Positions 39,592 to 50,155 are shown, counted from the stretch's first letter. The stretch is 64,000 nucleotides of DNA from an uncultured Chthonomonadaceae bacterium (GCA_963835065.1 CAWIEK010000003.1:1-64000); one strand, 5' to 3'. Made by a program: numbers and translations. The notes: generated by a model not told the origin, from the letters alone.

Positions 39592-41175
39592 TTACTCGGC
39601 GATGCCATTTTCCTGCGCCCAGGGCGCGGTCTTGATGACGCTTTGCATTGCTTCGGGCGTTTTGCCTAACTTCGCCGCGTTTGTAACCACGTCCTGCATA
39701 TCCACGCCGTACCAATGGCGCTTGTTTGAATCGCACAATCCCGCCACGTTCAAACAGGCAATGCTGTCAGCCACCTGACGTTCAAATTCCGCCAATTCCA
39801 GCGTTGATATTCCCTGTGAGTGTTCACGCAGCAGTTGAGCGCAACGTTTCATTCCCCTTGCAAACGGCGCGTAATCCCCGGCGAGAAAATGTTGGGGGCG
39901 GTCAGGCATAGCAATCCGCCGCGCCATTTCCGCGTGACTGGCGGCGGCGAAATAGAACATCGAAAACGCCCGGAACCATGCAAAATCTGCCATGCCCGCG
40001 TAACACGCGGCAATAAACTGCGCCGTCCAATCGGCTTCGCTCAGGGTGATGGCGCTATATTCGCGCAGCCGGGTTTCAAAGTCGGACGCGCCCCAAGCTT
40101 CTTCCAGAATTCGCGCCAGCCGCTCGATGCCGAGCAACGTCAGCGGCATTCCCGTGCTGAACAGAGGGTCCACAAACGCGGCGGCGGAAGGCAGCAGCGC
40201 CCAATTTTTTCCGGCGGCCACTCCCATACGCAGCGCGATACGGGGCGCGTAAACGAATGGATGAACGGGAGTGGCGTCGGCAAGTTGTGCGGCTACGGTG
40301 GGGAAGCGCTTTAGAACGCGCGGCCAGGCGGCGGCTCCTTCGGCCAGGTTCAATTCCCGCGCCAGCCAGTCCTCGACGGCTATCCCCGCGCTTGTAACGC
40401 CGTTGTTGAAGCGCAAAACCCACATCCAGCCGCCGTCAAAAACATGGTGCAAGGCGGCGTCATCGGGCGCGTAAGGAGGCGTTTCGCTTGAATTAAAATT
40501 GTTTGCGCCGTCGCAGCGATGCACGTTTGTGAAATGGGTGTACAGCGCGTGGGTGTGGGGATAATCGGCAAAATTTGAGGTGGGCAGTTCCAGGCTGCGC
40601 GCCAGAAATCCGTTCGGCCCGCTTGCGTCCACGACAAACTTTGCTCTGATATTTACGGGCTGCCCGTGCCGCTCCCCCGTCAGTCCAATCCCGTCCGCCC
40701 GAATATCTACACTGCATAAGCGCGTTTCGTCCCAATACTCCACGCCCAATGTCAGGGCTTCCCGCAGCAGAAAATGATCCACGTCGGAACGCAGCCAATG
40801 CGTATCCGCGACGGCATTGCTCGGACTGGCCGCGACCAGCAGTTGATTTTCGCGCTCCACTTCGACTGCAAACGGCTGGCCTGCCTGATGATGGTAATAA
40901 GTGAAACCCCGTTTCAAGCCGCAGGTTACGTCCGGGTACGCCTGCTGCCATGCGCCGTAAGTGGTCAGGGGAAGCAGGCGGGGCAAATCGTAGCGGTGGG
41001 CAATCTGTTCGATAAGCAGGTTCATCAGGGGTGACGTGGACTCGCCAATGGCAAAGCGGGGATGCCGGCCCCGTTCCAGCAGCGCAACGCGCAGGCCAAT
41101 GCGCCGCGCAACCATCGCAAGCAGCGAACCGCCAAACCCCGAACCAACAATTGCCAGATCATATTCCGCTTGCAT
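39592..41175 (-). CDS. FAD-dependent oxidoreductase, flavin-dependent halogenase-like
   Basis: GSGFGG, PRFAIGEST, VVDASG, GWMWVL (WxWxI-like), FVDPLFSTG. Confidence 0.8.
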   Translation of the reverse strand: MQAEYDLAIVGSGFGGSLLAMVARRIGLRVALLERGRHPRFAIGESTSPLMNLLIEQIAHRYDLPRLLPLTTYGAWQQAYPDVTCGLKRGFTYYHHQAGQPFAVEVERENQLLVAASPSNAVADTHWLRSDVDHFLLREALTLGVEYWDETRLCSVDIRADGIGLTGERHGQPVNIRAKFVVDASGPNGFLARSLELPTSNFADYPHTHALYTHFTNVHRCDGANNFNSSETPPYAPDDAALHHVFDGGWMWVLRFNNGVTSAGIAVEDWLARELNLAEGAAAWPRVLKRFPTVAAQLADATPVHPFVYAPRIALRMGVAAGKNWALLPSAAAFVDPLFSTGMPLTLLGIERLARILEEAWGASDFETRLREYSAITLSEADWTAQFIAACYAGMADFAWFRAFSMFYFAAASHAEMARRIAMPDRPQHFLAGDYAPFARGMKRCAQLLREHSQGISTLELAEFERQVADSIACLNVAGLCDSNKRHWYGVDMQDVVTNAAKLGKTPEAMQSVIKTAPWAQENGIAE

Positions 41176-41219
41176 TACTTAAATTCTTCTCAACTGTGAA
41201 ATGGGGCGTATTCTGTTTC

Positions 41220-41345
41220 TTGCCGGATACTGAAAGTACCCGGCAGGACAAAACAAGCGTCTTACAGACGCGGGAATCTTGATGTAGAGAATCGCGTCTG
41301 TAGGACGCTTGCACTTTCCTGCCGGGTACTTTCAGTATCCGGCAA
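41220..41345. repeat. Long intergenic palindrome
   Basis: TTGCCGGATACTGAAAGTACCCGGCAGGA / TCCTGCCGGGTACTTTCAGTATCCGGCAA. Confidence 0.9.
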
Positions 41346-41385
41346 CAGACGTTGAAAATCCCCGGAACCCGGTGAAGAATTGCTC

Positions 41386-42450
41386 TTAACAGTCCTTACA
41401 AAGAACTTCCGGCGGCACGGACTGCAAACGGTTCATAATTTCCATGCGCTGTACGCGGGCAGGCGAACAGTCACACGTGGTGAACTTTGCCGCATCCCAC
41501 AAATCCGCGAACACGCGCCCGCGCTGCAGGCCGATGCCGTACTCCTGCGCGGCTTCCAGCGAACGAAGCGAGGGCGGGGCGTACAAGCCCGCGTTCGCCA
41601 ATACTTCCATTGCGCCGTTGCCGCCCCGCGTGGGTATCAGGGTACAGGCCGTCGCGCCCGCGTCAAAGGCCACCTCTAAGGAACGCTTTGCCCACTCCAA
41701 GCCTTCCGCTTCTCTCATATACGGCGGGCGCACGAGGAGAAAAACCCGCAAATCAATCCTGTTTGCCGCGAGAAGATCGGCGCTGCGCTGAAAATCCGCA
41801 ACGGTGAAGCGTTTGTTCAACGCCTGCAACACCTGCGGGTGTACGGTTTCCAGGCCAATCGCCACTTCCAACCGCCCCGCCAGTTGTTGATTGAAACGCA
41901 AACAGCGCTTGCCGATGAAAGCCGGGTGCGCTTCCACAATCACGCGCTCGAATGTGGAAACGGCGTGTGCAATATCGGTATCGTCTTCGGGCGGAATGGC
42001 CTGTGGGTCGAAGAAACTGCCCGCGTTGTACAATTTGATTTGCCGCGCCGGGGGCAGGCGTTCCAGCGCATAGCGTATCTGCGCTGTAATCGCCCCCGAT
42101 GGTACGCGCCTGTCCAGCGTGTTCTGCCACAAATCGCACATCAGGCAGCGATACGGGCACTCCTTGTTCGTCAGCAGCAGGGTAGAAGTCGGAACCATGT
42201 CGCCATCTGCCCCCCGCTCCTCTTCCGCAAAAAAGGCATACGGTACGAACGGGTCCAGCGCGTTCTTCAGCCCCCGCTGCGCTGCAATCCAGAAGGATGA
42301 AGGATGAAGGATGAAGGATGAAGGGATTGCCGATTTCCGATTTCCGATTTCCGATTGTGGATTGTGGATTGTGGATTGGATTTCTTCTGTTCCCTGTTCC
42401 CTGTTCCCTGTTCCCTTTCCTGTCTTCTCTTCTCCTACTTCATCCTTCAT
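41386..42450 (-). CDS. Radical SAM protein (RaSEA/TIGR01210-like); N-terminus encoded by tandem repeats
   Basis: CPYRCLMC, KLYNAGSFFD, LEVAIGLET, FLLVRPPY. Confidence 0.85.
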   Translation of the reverse strand: MKDEVGEEKTGKGTGNREQGTEEIQSTIHNPQSEIGNRKSAIPSSFILHPSSFWIAAQRGLKNALDPFVPYAFFAEEERGADGDMVPTSTLLLTNKECPYRCLMCDLWQNTLDRRVPSGAITAQIRYALERLPPARQIKLYNAGSFFDPQAIPPEDDTDIAHAVSTFERVIVEAHPAFIGKRCLRFNQQLAGRLEVAIGLETVHPQVLQALNKRFTVADFQRSADLLAANRIDLRVFLLVRPPYMREAEGLEWAKRSLEVAFDAGATACTLIPTRGGNGAMEVLANAGLYAPPSLRSLEAAQEYGIGLQRGRVFADLWDAAKFTTCDCSPARVQRMEIMNRLQSVPPEVLCKDC

Positions 42451-42460
42451 CCTTCATCCT

Positions 42461-43828
42461 TCATACGGCGTTGCCCGACAGCCGCTCCGATTCGGGGTTC
42501 CAGGCTTCGCGCAGGCGGTCTTCCCATTGGCGCAGAAAGACTTGCCGACACCATGCCTTGCTGACGCGCCAGCCGCGATAGGACTCGCCGCCCGCGCCGT
42601 CCTGAAAACGGCGTTTGGGATAAATCGGCATGTCCACGCCCGTTACGGCTTGAACGCCCGCGTGAACGACGGTGGACTTGAGCGTATACAGGCGTTCCAC
42701 GCTGCCGTTCAGCACGGTTTCAAAGGGGATGGCAAGCGCGTGGGCGATGACAGAGCGCAGGGTATAGGGCGAAAGCGCGTCAAAGCCGTAACGCCGCGCG
42801 GGCGCATACGTGCGGACATAAGCGCGGGACAGGCCACCCGAATACGTCAGGCTGTGCTTCATGTTTTCCACGCCCCAGCCCTCCTGATACAGCATGGGAT
42901 TGCGCAGGACGCTGGAAAGAGTCAGGTCGGAGTCTTCAAGTGGATACGATTTCAGGTTTTCATCGCCGCCGTCGCCGTCGAGCAGGTATTTCAGAGTCGG
43001 GTAACGCTCGCGGATGGCTTGCAGCAGGCACAGGGCAACGGCTGCGCACTCTACATCGAGCGGGTGATAATCTTCAATCACGCCAATTGCGGCTTCCAGA
43101 TCAACCTGTGAGGCGGGAACCTGTACGCGCTCCCATTGCGATTCCAGTCCCAACGCTTTCACAACCATTTCAGCCTGCTGCGCGTCCTTGCCGTTGCCCA
43201 GGTCAAGGGTGAAGGCGCGTAACAAACCTGGGTCGCGCCCCAATTCTTTCAGGGCGTGATGCGCCAGAATCAAAATGGATGTGCTGTCAATGCCTCCCGA
43301 AAACGCAAGCCCGATTGGTTCCCCGTCCGGCAAGCCTGCCAGCCAGTTCTTCAAGCCCGTGTAGGCCGCGCCGACATACGCCGCGCCTGCTTCCTCCAAA
43401 TCCGTTGTGCCCTGTGCGATGGGAGGCGTAAAAAAGCGGTGGTAGCGGGGCGCGGGGTCGGGGCAGCCGATCTGGTCAATTTCCACAAGATAGTGCGCGG
43501 GAACCATGCGCGTGTACATCGGATCGAATTGCCAGCCGATTTTTTGTTCCTGACACCACGCGAACAGGCTGTCTATGCGGTCGGAAACCAGCAGAAACGG
43601 CCCGTGAAACATCTTCGCCACAAAGTAGCGCAGGGGAACGCCGATGGTTCGCGCCAACCGGACAGTCTGCTCATTCCGCGCCGTCGCCGCAAAATGCCCG
43701 TCAGTTTGCGCCAGTTGGCAAATATCCGCCTCGCGTACAGCAGTGATTATAGCGTTCGGCGCGCAGGCCGTCACTCCCGAATAATGCAGGCCGGTCAAAT
43801 CCACAAGGCGTTCCACGCCCATGAGCAT
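42461..43828 (-). CDS. Asparagine-synthetase-like (AsnB C-terminal ATP pyrophosphatase) protein lacking the catalytic Cys1
   Basis: AFSGGIDS, LLDGDGGDE, PKRRFQDG; SD AGGAGGTG before ATG 43828. Confidence 0.85.
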   Translation of the reverse strand: MLMGVERLVDLTGLHYSGVTACAPNAIITAVREADICQLAQTDGHFAATARNEQTVRLARTIGVPLRYFVAKMFHGPFLLVSDRIDSLFAWCQEQKIGWQFDPMYTRMVPAHYLVEIDQIGCPDPAPRYHRFFTPPIAQGTTDLEEAGAAYVGAAYTGLKNWLAGLPDGEPIGLAFSGGIDSTSILILAHHALKELGRDPGLLRAFTLDLGNGKDAQQAEMVVKALGLESQWERVQVPASQVDLEAAIGVIEDYHPLDVECAAVALCLLQAIRERYPTLKYLLDGDGGDENLKSYPLEDSDLTLSSVLRNPMLYQEGWGVENMKHSLTYSGGLSRAYVRTYAPARRYGFDALSPYTLRSVIAHALAIPFETVLNGSVERLYTLKSTVVHAGVQAVTGVDMPIYPKRRFQDGAGGESYRGWRVSKAWCRQVFLRQWEDRLREAWNPESERLSGNAV

Positions 43829-44042
43829 AACGCACCTCCTCAAACGTATTTCTGCTGTTCTATTCGGCAGGAACCTCCGCATTTCCTGCGAGGAGCCTGC
43901 CTGCAAGTTCCCATACGTGTTTACGCTTTGGAGAAGAGGAATATCAAGCGCGGATAGTGAATTCTTCGCGCAGAGAATCACGGAAGGGTGGTTTTGAAAC
44001 TTTGAGCAAGGGCGCTCGGTCACTTAGAGCAAGAGGTGTGTC

Positions 44043-45329
44043 ATGTCTGCTATGGTATCCAGTCCGAAGCGTCGTTTTGTGTTGTCCGGCCTGCGCCGCC
44101 CGCGCATCGGCCTGTCGTGGCGGGGTATGCTGCGCTTTCTGGCGTGGTGCAGCCTGCCGATGCTGTGGCTTGGCCTGATCGTGCGTCAGGCCGTCCGGCA
44201 TCGGCAGTTGTTTGAAGCCGTCGAAATCGGCAACAGCGCGCAGGTGCGGAATTTATTGCGCGGCGGAATGGATGCCAACACGGTTGTCAACACGCAGCAG
44301 ATAGGCAGTCAGCGCATGATGACAATGCTGTATTACTGGTACGCGCACTGGGCAGACCGGGATTCAGACAGCTACCAATCGCCCATCCTGACGTGCGCGG
44401 CGGAAAAAGGCAACCCGCAAATCGTCGCCATGCTGCTGGAAGCGGGCGCGCGGGTGAACGTCAAGGACGCGCAGGGGGAAACGCCCCTGCTTGCCGCTGC
44501 CTCAGAAGGCCGCGTCGAGGTCGCTGCCCTGCTGCTGGCGCATGGCGCGCATCCGAACGCCGCCGACAACGGGGGTTCCACGCCGCTGATGCAGGCCGCG
44601 CGTTTTCCTAAAATGCTCAAACTCCTGCTGGCGTATGGCGCGCAGGTGAATGTACGTAATCAGAGCAAGGAGACAGCGCTGTCTCTTGTTTGTTCGGGAG
44701 GTTCGCTGCCAAGCGTACGCCTGTTGGTGGAAGCGGGCGCTCTGGTGAATCCGCTGCGCTTGCGCGACGACGTGCCGCTTGGCAATGCGGCGCAAAAAGG
44801 CAATCTTAAGCTGACGCAGTATCTGCTGGAGCAGGGAGCCGATATAGAATGCGCGGACAAGGACGGCTATACGCCCCTGATGCAGGCGACCAATGCAGCC
44901 GTGTGGCGGCTGCTGCTGACGCATGGCGCAGACATCCATGTCGTGTCAAAGGACGGCTACACCCCTTTGATGATCGCCGCCGGTATGGAAGACCCCCGGC
45001 CCGTACAATGGCTGCTGAAGCGCGGCGTGAATCTGGAAGCGGTGGATTCGGACAAAGAAACCGCTTTGTTCTGGGCGGTAAGCAACAACACGCTGAAATG
45101 CGCGCAAAAACTGCTGGAAGCCGGCGCAAACGTCAACGCGCAAAACAAAGACGGCGACACGGTTTTGCTGAAGGCTGAATCGCAAAGCGATATGGCGTTG
45201 AGTCAATTGTTTCTCAAGTACGGCGCAAATCCCGCCCTGACCAACAAAGCCGGTCATTCCGCGCAGGCATGGGTTTCCACGCTGCCAAAGACGCCGATTG
45301 TTCCGGTTCCAAAGAGTGGAAGGGATTAA
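44043..45329 (+). CDS. Ankyrin repeat protein with N-terminal TM segment
   Basis: Repeated G.TPL..AA..G motifs. Confidence 0.9.
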   Translation: MSAMVSSPKRRFVLSGLRRPRIGLSWRGMLRFLAWCSLPMLWLGLIVRQAVRHRQLFEAVEIGNSAQVRNLLRGGMDANTVVNTQQIGSQRMMTMLYYWYAHWADRDSDSYQSPILTCAAEKGNPQIVAMLLEAGARVNVKDAQGETPLLAAASEGRVEVAALLLAHGAHPNAADNGGSTPLMQAARFPKMLKLLLAYGAQVNVRNQSKETALSLVCSGGSLPSVRLLVEAGALVNPLRLRDDVPLGNAAQKGNLKLTQYLLEQGADIECADKDGYTPLMQATNAAVWRLLLTHGADIHVVSKDGYTPLMIAAGMEDPRPVQWLLKRGVNLEAVDSDKETALFWAVSNNTLKCAQKLLEAGANVNAQNKDGDTVLLKAESQSDMALSQLFLKYGANPALTNKAGHSAQAWVSTLPKTPIVPVPKSGRD

Positions 45330-45334
45330 GCAGA

Positions 45335-46441
45335 ATGGCAAAAGAGAAGGCGCTGCAAACCCAATGGCTGCGCGTGGATGCGCAAACGCCGGATGTGGAC
45401 CTGATACGGGAAGCGGCGGAGATTTTACAGGATGGCGGATTGGTTGCCTTTCCAACGGAAACCGTGTACGGATTGGGCGCGAACGCTCTGGATGCGCAGG
45501 CGGTTGCGGGTATTTATGCCGCTAAGGGTCGTCCGTCCAACAATCCCTTGATTGTACATGTGGCGGACGTGGAAGGGGCGCAGGCGATTGTGAGCGCGTG
45601 GCCGGACATAGCCGCGCGCCTTGCCGAACGGTTCTGGCCCGGCCCGCTCACGTTGGTTCTGCCCAAAAATCCCGCGCTGCCGGACAATGTGACCGGCGGT
45701 GGGCCAACCATTGGCGTACGGGTTCCGGCGCATCCGGTGGCGCTTGCCTTGCTTCGCGCCGCCCAATTGCCGATTGCCGCGCCGAGCGCCAACCTATCGG
45801 AGCAATTATCGCCCACGCGAGCGGAACACGTTTGGGAGGGTTTGAACGGACGCATCCACGCGCTTTTGGATGGCGGGCCGACAACGGGCGGCCTGGAATC
45901 CACCGTATTGAACCTGACTACCAAATACCCGACTCTGCTGCGCCCCGGCCTGATTACGCCCGCCGAAATTGAAGCCGTTGTCGGCCCCATCAAGCGGCGG
46001 GCAGCCTCCGTTGCATCTACGGACGCATCCGTGCCCCTGACTTCGCCCGGTCAGCTTGCCCGCCATTATGCCCCCCGCGCCCCGCTGGAAATTGTTCGTT
46101 CGGGCAGCGGCAGAGCGCAGGAACTGGCTGCATTGGGTCAGCGCGTGGGCTGGCTGACAGCCGACCTGCCAATGACTGCGCGAGGAGCGGAGGTGCAGGA
46201 AATAATTGATACGACGAAAAAGTCGCTGCGCGTCTATGAACAAGCGCTGAACAACCTGCGCGAAAATCTGCATGTGGTGAAAATGCCGAACACGCCGGAA
46301 GCCTACGCCGCCGCGCTGTATGACCGCCTGCACGAATTAGATAATATGGGAGTAACGCGCATTGTCGTGGACGCTGTGCCGGAAACGGAAGCGTGGCTTG
46401 CCATTCGAGATCGCTTGCAGCGCGCGGCTGCCAAAGGGTAA
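45335..46441 (+). CDS. tsaC: L-threonylcarbamoyladenylate synthase (Sua5 type)
   Basis: FPTETVYGLG, KGRPSNNPLIVH, FWPGPLT, APSAN, SPGQLARHYAP. Confidence 0.93.
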   Translation: MAKEKALQTQWLRVDAQTPDVDLIREAAEILQDGGLVAFPTETVYGLGANALDAQAVAGIYAAKGRPSNNPLIVHVADVEGAQAIVSAWPDIAARLAERFWPGPLTLVLPKNPALPDNVTGGGPTIGVRVPAHPVALALLRAAQLPIAAPSANLSEQLSPTRAEHVWEGLNGRIHALLDGGPTTGGLESTVLNLTTKYPTLLRPGLITPAEIEAVVGPIKRRAASVASTDASVPLTSPGQLARHYAPRAPLEIVRSGSGRAQELAALGQRVGWLTADLPMTARGAEVQEIIDTTKKSLRVYEQALNNLRENLHVVKMPNTPEAYAAALYDRLHELDNMGVTRIVVDAVPETEAWLAIRDRLQRAAAKG

Positions 46442-46453
46442 GGCTGAATCGCT

Positions 46454-46557
46454 TTTGTCTCGAACCATGATTTACCGGATTAACGGATTACCATGATGGA
46501 CGTATCTCCTCAATCATGATAATCCTGAAAATCCGGTAAATCATGGTTCGAGACAAA
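46454..46557. repeat. Long intergenic palindrome
   Basis: TTTGTCTCGAACCATGATTTACCGGATT / AATCCGGTAAATCATGGTTCGAGACAAA. Confidence 0.9.
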
Positions 46558-46637
46558 TACGCCGGTTAGGGAAGGGATTACAGATTGTGGGATAGAATAC
46601 TCCATCAGTTCATTTGAGAATTATTAGGAGGCAGGAA

Positions 46638-47396
46638 ATGCGATTGTCAGGCAAGGTGGCGCTGATTACGGGGGCGGGCGGGGGCATTGGGCGCGAAACG
46701 GCGCAAACGTTTGCGCGGGAAGGCGCGTCTGTCGTGGTTGCCGATTTGAACGAACAGACGGCGCGCGAAACCGTTGCCTTGATTACGGACGCGGGCGGCA
46801 AAGCCGTGTTCGTACAGGCAGATGTGTCGCAGGAAGCGGATGTAGCCCGCATGTTCGACGTGGCAAAGCAGGCGTATGGCAAACTCAATATCCTGTTCAA
46901 CAACGCGGGGATCGTCAGGCAGGGGCGCGTGGAAGATTCCAGCCTGGAGGATTGGAACGAGCAGGTCGGAAGCACACTGACCAGCGTATTTCTGGGCTGT
47001 AAGTACGCCATTCCCCTGTTGCGAGAACAGGGCGGGGGCGTGATTATCAACATGGCTTCCGTTGCCGGCATGATGGGCATCGTGAACCGGGCCATTTATT
47101 CGGCGGTAAAGGGGGGCGTGATCGGCCTGACCCGCGCTGTTGCCTTAGACCACGCCACGGAGAAAATACGCTGCGTGTACCTCGCCCCCGCAACCATTGA
47201 AACCCCCTCCCTGACGGATCGCATCAACTCGTCGCCCGACCCCGAGAAAGCCCGTAAAGATTTCGAGGCGCGACAGCCGATTGGACGCCTGGGCAGGCCG
47301 GACGAAGTGGCTAACGCCGCGCTGTACCTGGCCTCCGACGAAGCGAGTTTCGTCACCGGCAGCGGCCTGGTGGTAGACGGCGGGATGGCGGTTTGA
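46638..47396 (+). CDS. SDR family oxidoreductase
   Basis: [17 protein letters not shown]. Confidence 0.92.
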   Translation: MRLSGKVALITGAGGGIGRETAQTFAREGASVVVADLNEQTARETVALITDAGGKAVFVQADVSQEADVARMFDVAKQAYGKLNILFNNAGIVRQGRVEDSSLEDWNEQVGSTLTSVFLGCKYAIPLLREQGGGVIINMASVAGMMGIVNRAIYSAVKGGVIGLTRAVALDHATEKIRCVYLAPATIETPSLTDRINSSPDPEKARKDFEARQPIGRLGRPDEVANAALYLASDEASFVTGSGLVVDGGMAV

Positions 47397-47668
47397 GGAA
47401 AAGGATGAAGGATGAAGTGGTTAGCGCAAATTACTGCGGACGCGCGTAACAGGTACGAGATAAAAATTGTAGGCTGCAAGCGCTTGGTTCGCAGTGTCGC
47501 AACCTCGCAAATTTGCTGGAGTTAGATAAAATCGCGTAACCTTGCCTGCGTGTTTGCGTCTTTTAGGAATATCGCGGGAAGAGTATCTGAACAGTTTTCT
47601 TACTGCTTTGATACTGACGTTTTGCCACCGCGCCTCGCCGTTGAGGAACTACGACATAAGGAGTTTTT

Positions 47669-48565
47669 ATGTTCACTCACTTTCGACGCGGCTTTACCCT
47701 CATCGAATTGCTCGTCGTCATCGCCATTATCGCGATTCTTGCCGCCATTTTGTTTCCTGTCTTTGCGCAGGCGCGTCAGGCGGCGCGCGGCGCTTCCTCC
47801 CTGAGTAACATCAAGCAGCAGTCGCTTGGCATCACGATGTACACGCAGGATTATGACGAGACCTTCCCGATGGACTCGCATGTCACGACGAATGGCCCCT
47901 GGTGTCTGGGCGGCGGCTGTTCGGGCAATACCCTCGTGTCGCTGTGGGCGTATGACATTCAGCCCTACGTCAAAAACTACCCGATTCTTCAAGACCCACT
48001 TGCCGGTCAGCCCCTGTACCCCAACTTTTTCACCGGCAATCTGGGCGACTTCTTCTGGACGGCGGAAACGCACTACGGCTACAACTACACCGCGCTCAGT
48101 CCCATTGAGCCTGCCGGCTACAACGGTCCCACGCCCTGGCAGCGCACTCCCGCAACGCTTGCGACGATTGCGCGTCCCGCAGAACTCATCATGCTGACCG
48201 GGAAAGCGACCCTGCAGGAAGAGGGCTGGTGGTGGCAGGGGCCGGGAACCTTTTACTCCTATGGCACTGTGGAGCCGCCGGATTGCCGCGATATTCCTCC
48301 CGCCTGCTTCGACGGCTGGGGCATCGGTGGCTGGGGCGATTTCATTTATGCGCGTTATCCGCACATCACGGCGGAGTCCGGGCGCTATACGGGTACGGTA
48401 TCGTTTCGCAAGGGCAACTTCGGCACGTTCGCTTTTACGGACGGCCATGTTAAAATGCTGAACGCGGGGCAGGCGGCAAGCGGCACGAACTGGAACCCAA
48501 ACATTCAGGCGTCCGACCTTCACATTACCGACCCGACGCATTATATGTGGGCGACATCACCATGA
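47669..48565 (+). CDS. Prepilin-type N-terminal cleavage / DUF1559 / H-X9-DG-like protein
   Basis: [30 protein letters not shown]-terminal FTDGHVK. Confidence 0.9.
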   Translation: MFTHFRRGFTLIELLVVIAIIAILAAILFPVFAQARQAARGASSLSNIKQQSLGITMYTQDYDETFPMDSHVTTNGPWCLGGGCSGNTLVSLWAYDIQPYVKNYPILQDPLAGQPLYPNFFTGNLGDFFWTAETHYGYNYTALSPIEPAGYNGPTPWQRTPATLATIARPAELIMLTGKATLQEEGWWWQGPGTFYSYGTVEPPDCRDIPPACFDGWGIGGWGDFIYARYPHITAESGRYTGTVSFRKGNFGTFAFTDGHVKMLNAGQAASGTNWNPNIQASDLHITDPTHYMWATSP

Positions 48566-48873
48566 ACAACAACCATTTCTCCGGTATTGGCTTTGAATTA
48601 CCAGAGCGATTTCAGCGCGGCAAAGGCATACGGGAAGCCGGTTCCCTTCCCCGTCCGCCGCGCGCAGGTAAAATCGCTATCTGGCATCCGATTCTGCTTG
48701 GCCTGCTGATTGTTTTTGCCACCGGCTGCCATCGGGACGCGGAGCCGGCACTTGGGCCGACGAACCCAACTCCGCCGCCGACAAACATGCAGGGCGGGAA
48801 ACTTGGCCCCGCTATACAGGGCGGTCCCTCCGGCAATACGGCATCACCGGGTGGCGCAGCCCCAACAAAGTAA
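48562..48873 (+). CDS. Small Pro/Gly-rich putative lipoprotein partner of the prepilin-like gene
   Basis: ATGA overlap; hydrophobic stretch ending ATGC followed by a Pro/Gly-rich tail. Confidence 0.55.
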   Translation: MNNNHFSGIGFELPERFQRGKGIREAGSLPRPPRAGKIAIWHPILLGLLIVFATGCHRDAEPALGPTNPTPPPTNMQGGKLGPAIQGGPSGNTASPGGAAPTK

Positions 48874-48952
48874 CAAAGTTTTCAAGCAACGGAAGCTATT
48901 ATCAATCCCCTGCCTGCCGCGCAGGGGCTTGATAATTTGGAGCGTGTGCGCT

Positions 48953-50155
48953 ATGTCAACGACCCCTTACCCCATTACAGGCACGGAAATCCCGGAACTA
49001 TCCATCTTAGATGAGACAATGCTGCGCTTCATGACCGAACATAACGTGCCGGGAGCGGGGCTTGCCGTCACGCGCAATGGCCGGCTGGCGTATGCGCGCG
49101 GCTTCGGATGGGCCGACCTGCAAACGCTGAAGGCTGTTACGCCCGAAGCGCTGTTTCGCGTTGCCAGCGTTTCCAAACCCATAACGGCGGTGGCGATTAT
49201 GCGGCTCGTACAGGAAGGCAAATTGCGCCTGAGCGATGCGGTTTTCGATCTTTTAGCCGTCGCGCCGCACCTGGAGCCGGACACGGCTGCCGACCCGCGT
49301 TTGGCCGACATCACCGTGCAGCATCTGCTCAACCATACCGGGGGATGGGACCGGGGCGAGTCCGGCGACCCGATGTTCTTTTCGGTGAAGATTGCCGAAG
49401 CGCTTGGCGTGGCTGCCCCGGCGGAACCGGAACATATTCTACGCTGGATGAGCGGGCGTCCTTTGGATTTCGAGCCGGGGCAAAAATACGCTTATTCCAA
49501 TTATGGCTACTGCCTGCTCGGACGCATTATCGAGCAAGTGACCGGACGCGGCTATGAGGAGTATGTCCAAACCGAAATTCTGGCTCCGCTTGGCATTACC
49601 ACCATGCGGATCGGGAAAACGCAGGTCAGCGGGCGCAATGCGCAGGAAGTTATCTACTACCCCGTCACGAAACTGGCTCCGTCCGTTTTTCAGGCAATGC
49701 TCCACCAGAAGGTTCCGCATCCCTACGGCGCGTGGTATCTGGAAGCGATGGACTCGCACGGCGGCTGGATCGCCTCGGTTGGGGATATTGCGCGGTTTGC
49801 CACCGCCTTTTGGGATAAAGACTCTTGCCCCTTGCTGACGCGGGAAAGTATTGAAACCATGTTTGCCCGCCCGCCCGCGCCCGTTGGCAATGATGAGGAA
49901 GGCAATCCCAAACGGAGTTTTTATGCCTGCGGCTGGACGGTTGATCTGCCAAGTGAAGACGGCAAGCCGGAACAGCAGCATCACAACGGCATGCTGATGG
50001 GAACCGCCGCCGTCATGCGCCGCCGCGAGGACGGCCTCTGCTGGGCCGCCCTGTTCAACACCGCGCACGGGCAGGACGAGGTGTATCTTGGTGGCCCGAT
50101 TGCTGCCGCAATGGAGGAAGCGCTACAGCAGATAATTTCCATGAGATCAGAATGA
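48953..50155 (+). CDS. Serine hydrolase (beta-lactamase family)
   Basis: SVSK (SxxK), YSN, LLNHTGG. Confidence 0.9.
   Translation: MSTTPYPITGTEIPELSILDETMLRFMTEHNVPGAGLAVTRNGRLAYARGFGWADLQTLKAVTPEALFRVASVSKPITAVAIMRLVQEGKLRLSDAVFDLLAVAPHLEPDTAADPRLADITVQHLLNHTGGWDRGESGDPMFFSVKIAEALGVAAPAEPEHILRWMSGRPLDFEPGQKYAYSNYGYCLLGRIIEQVTGRGYEEYVQTEILAPLGITTMRIGKTQVSGRNAQEVIYYPVTKLAPSVFQAMLHQKVPHPYGAWYLEAMDSHGGWIASVGDIARFATAFWDKDSCPLLTRESIETMFARPPAPVGNDEEGNPKRSFYACGWTVDLPSEDGKPEQQHHNGMLMGTAAVMRRREDGLCWAALFNTAHGQDEVYLGGPIAAAMEEALQQIISMRSE

Noticed and set aside
258..43828. Micro-peptides as RiPP precursors for the AsnB/radical SAM/halogenase cluster
   Set aside because: Not physically linked, with no leader or RRE domain and no Asp/Glu for macrolactam formation; purely speculative.
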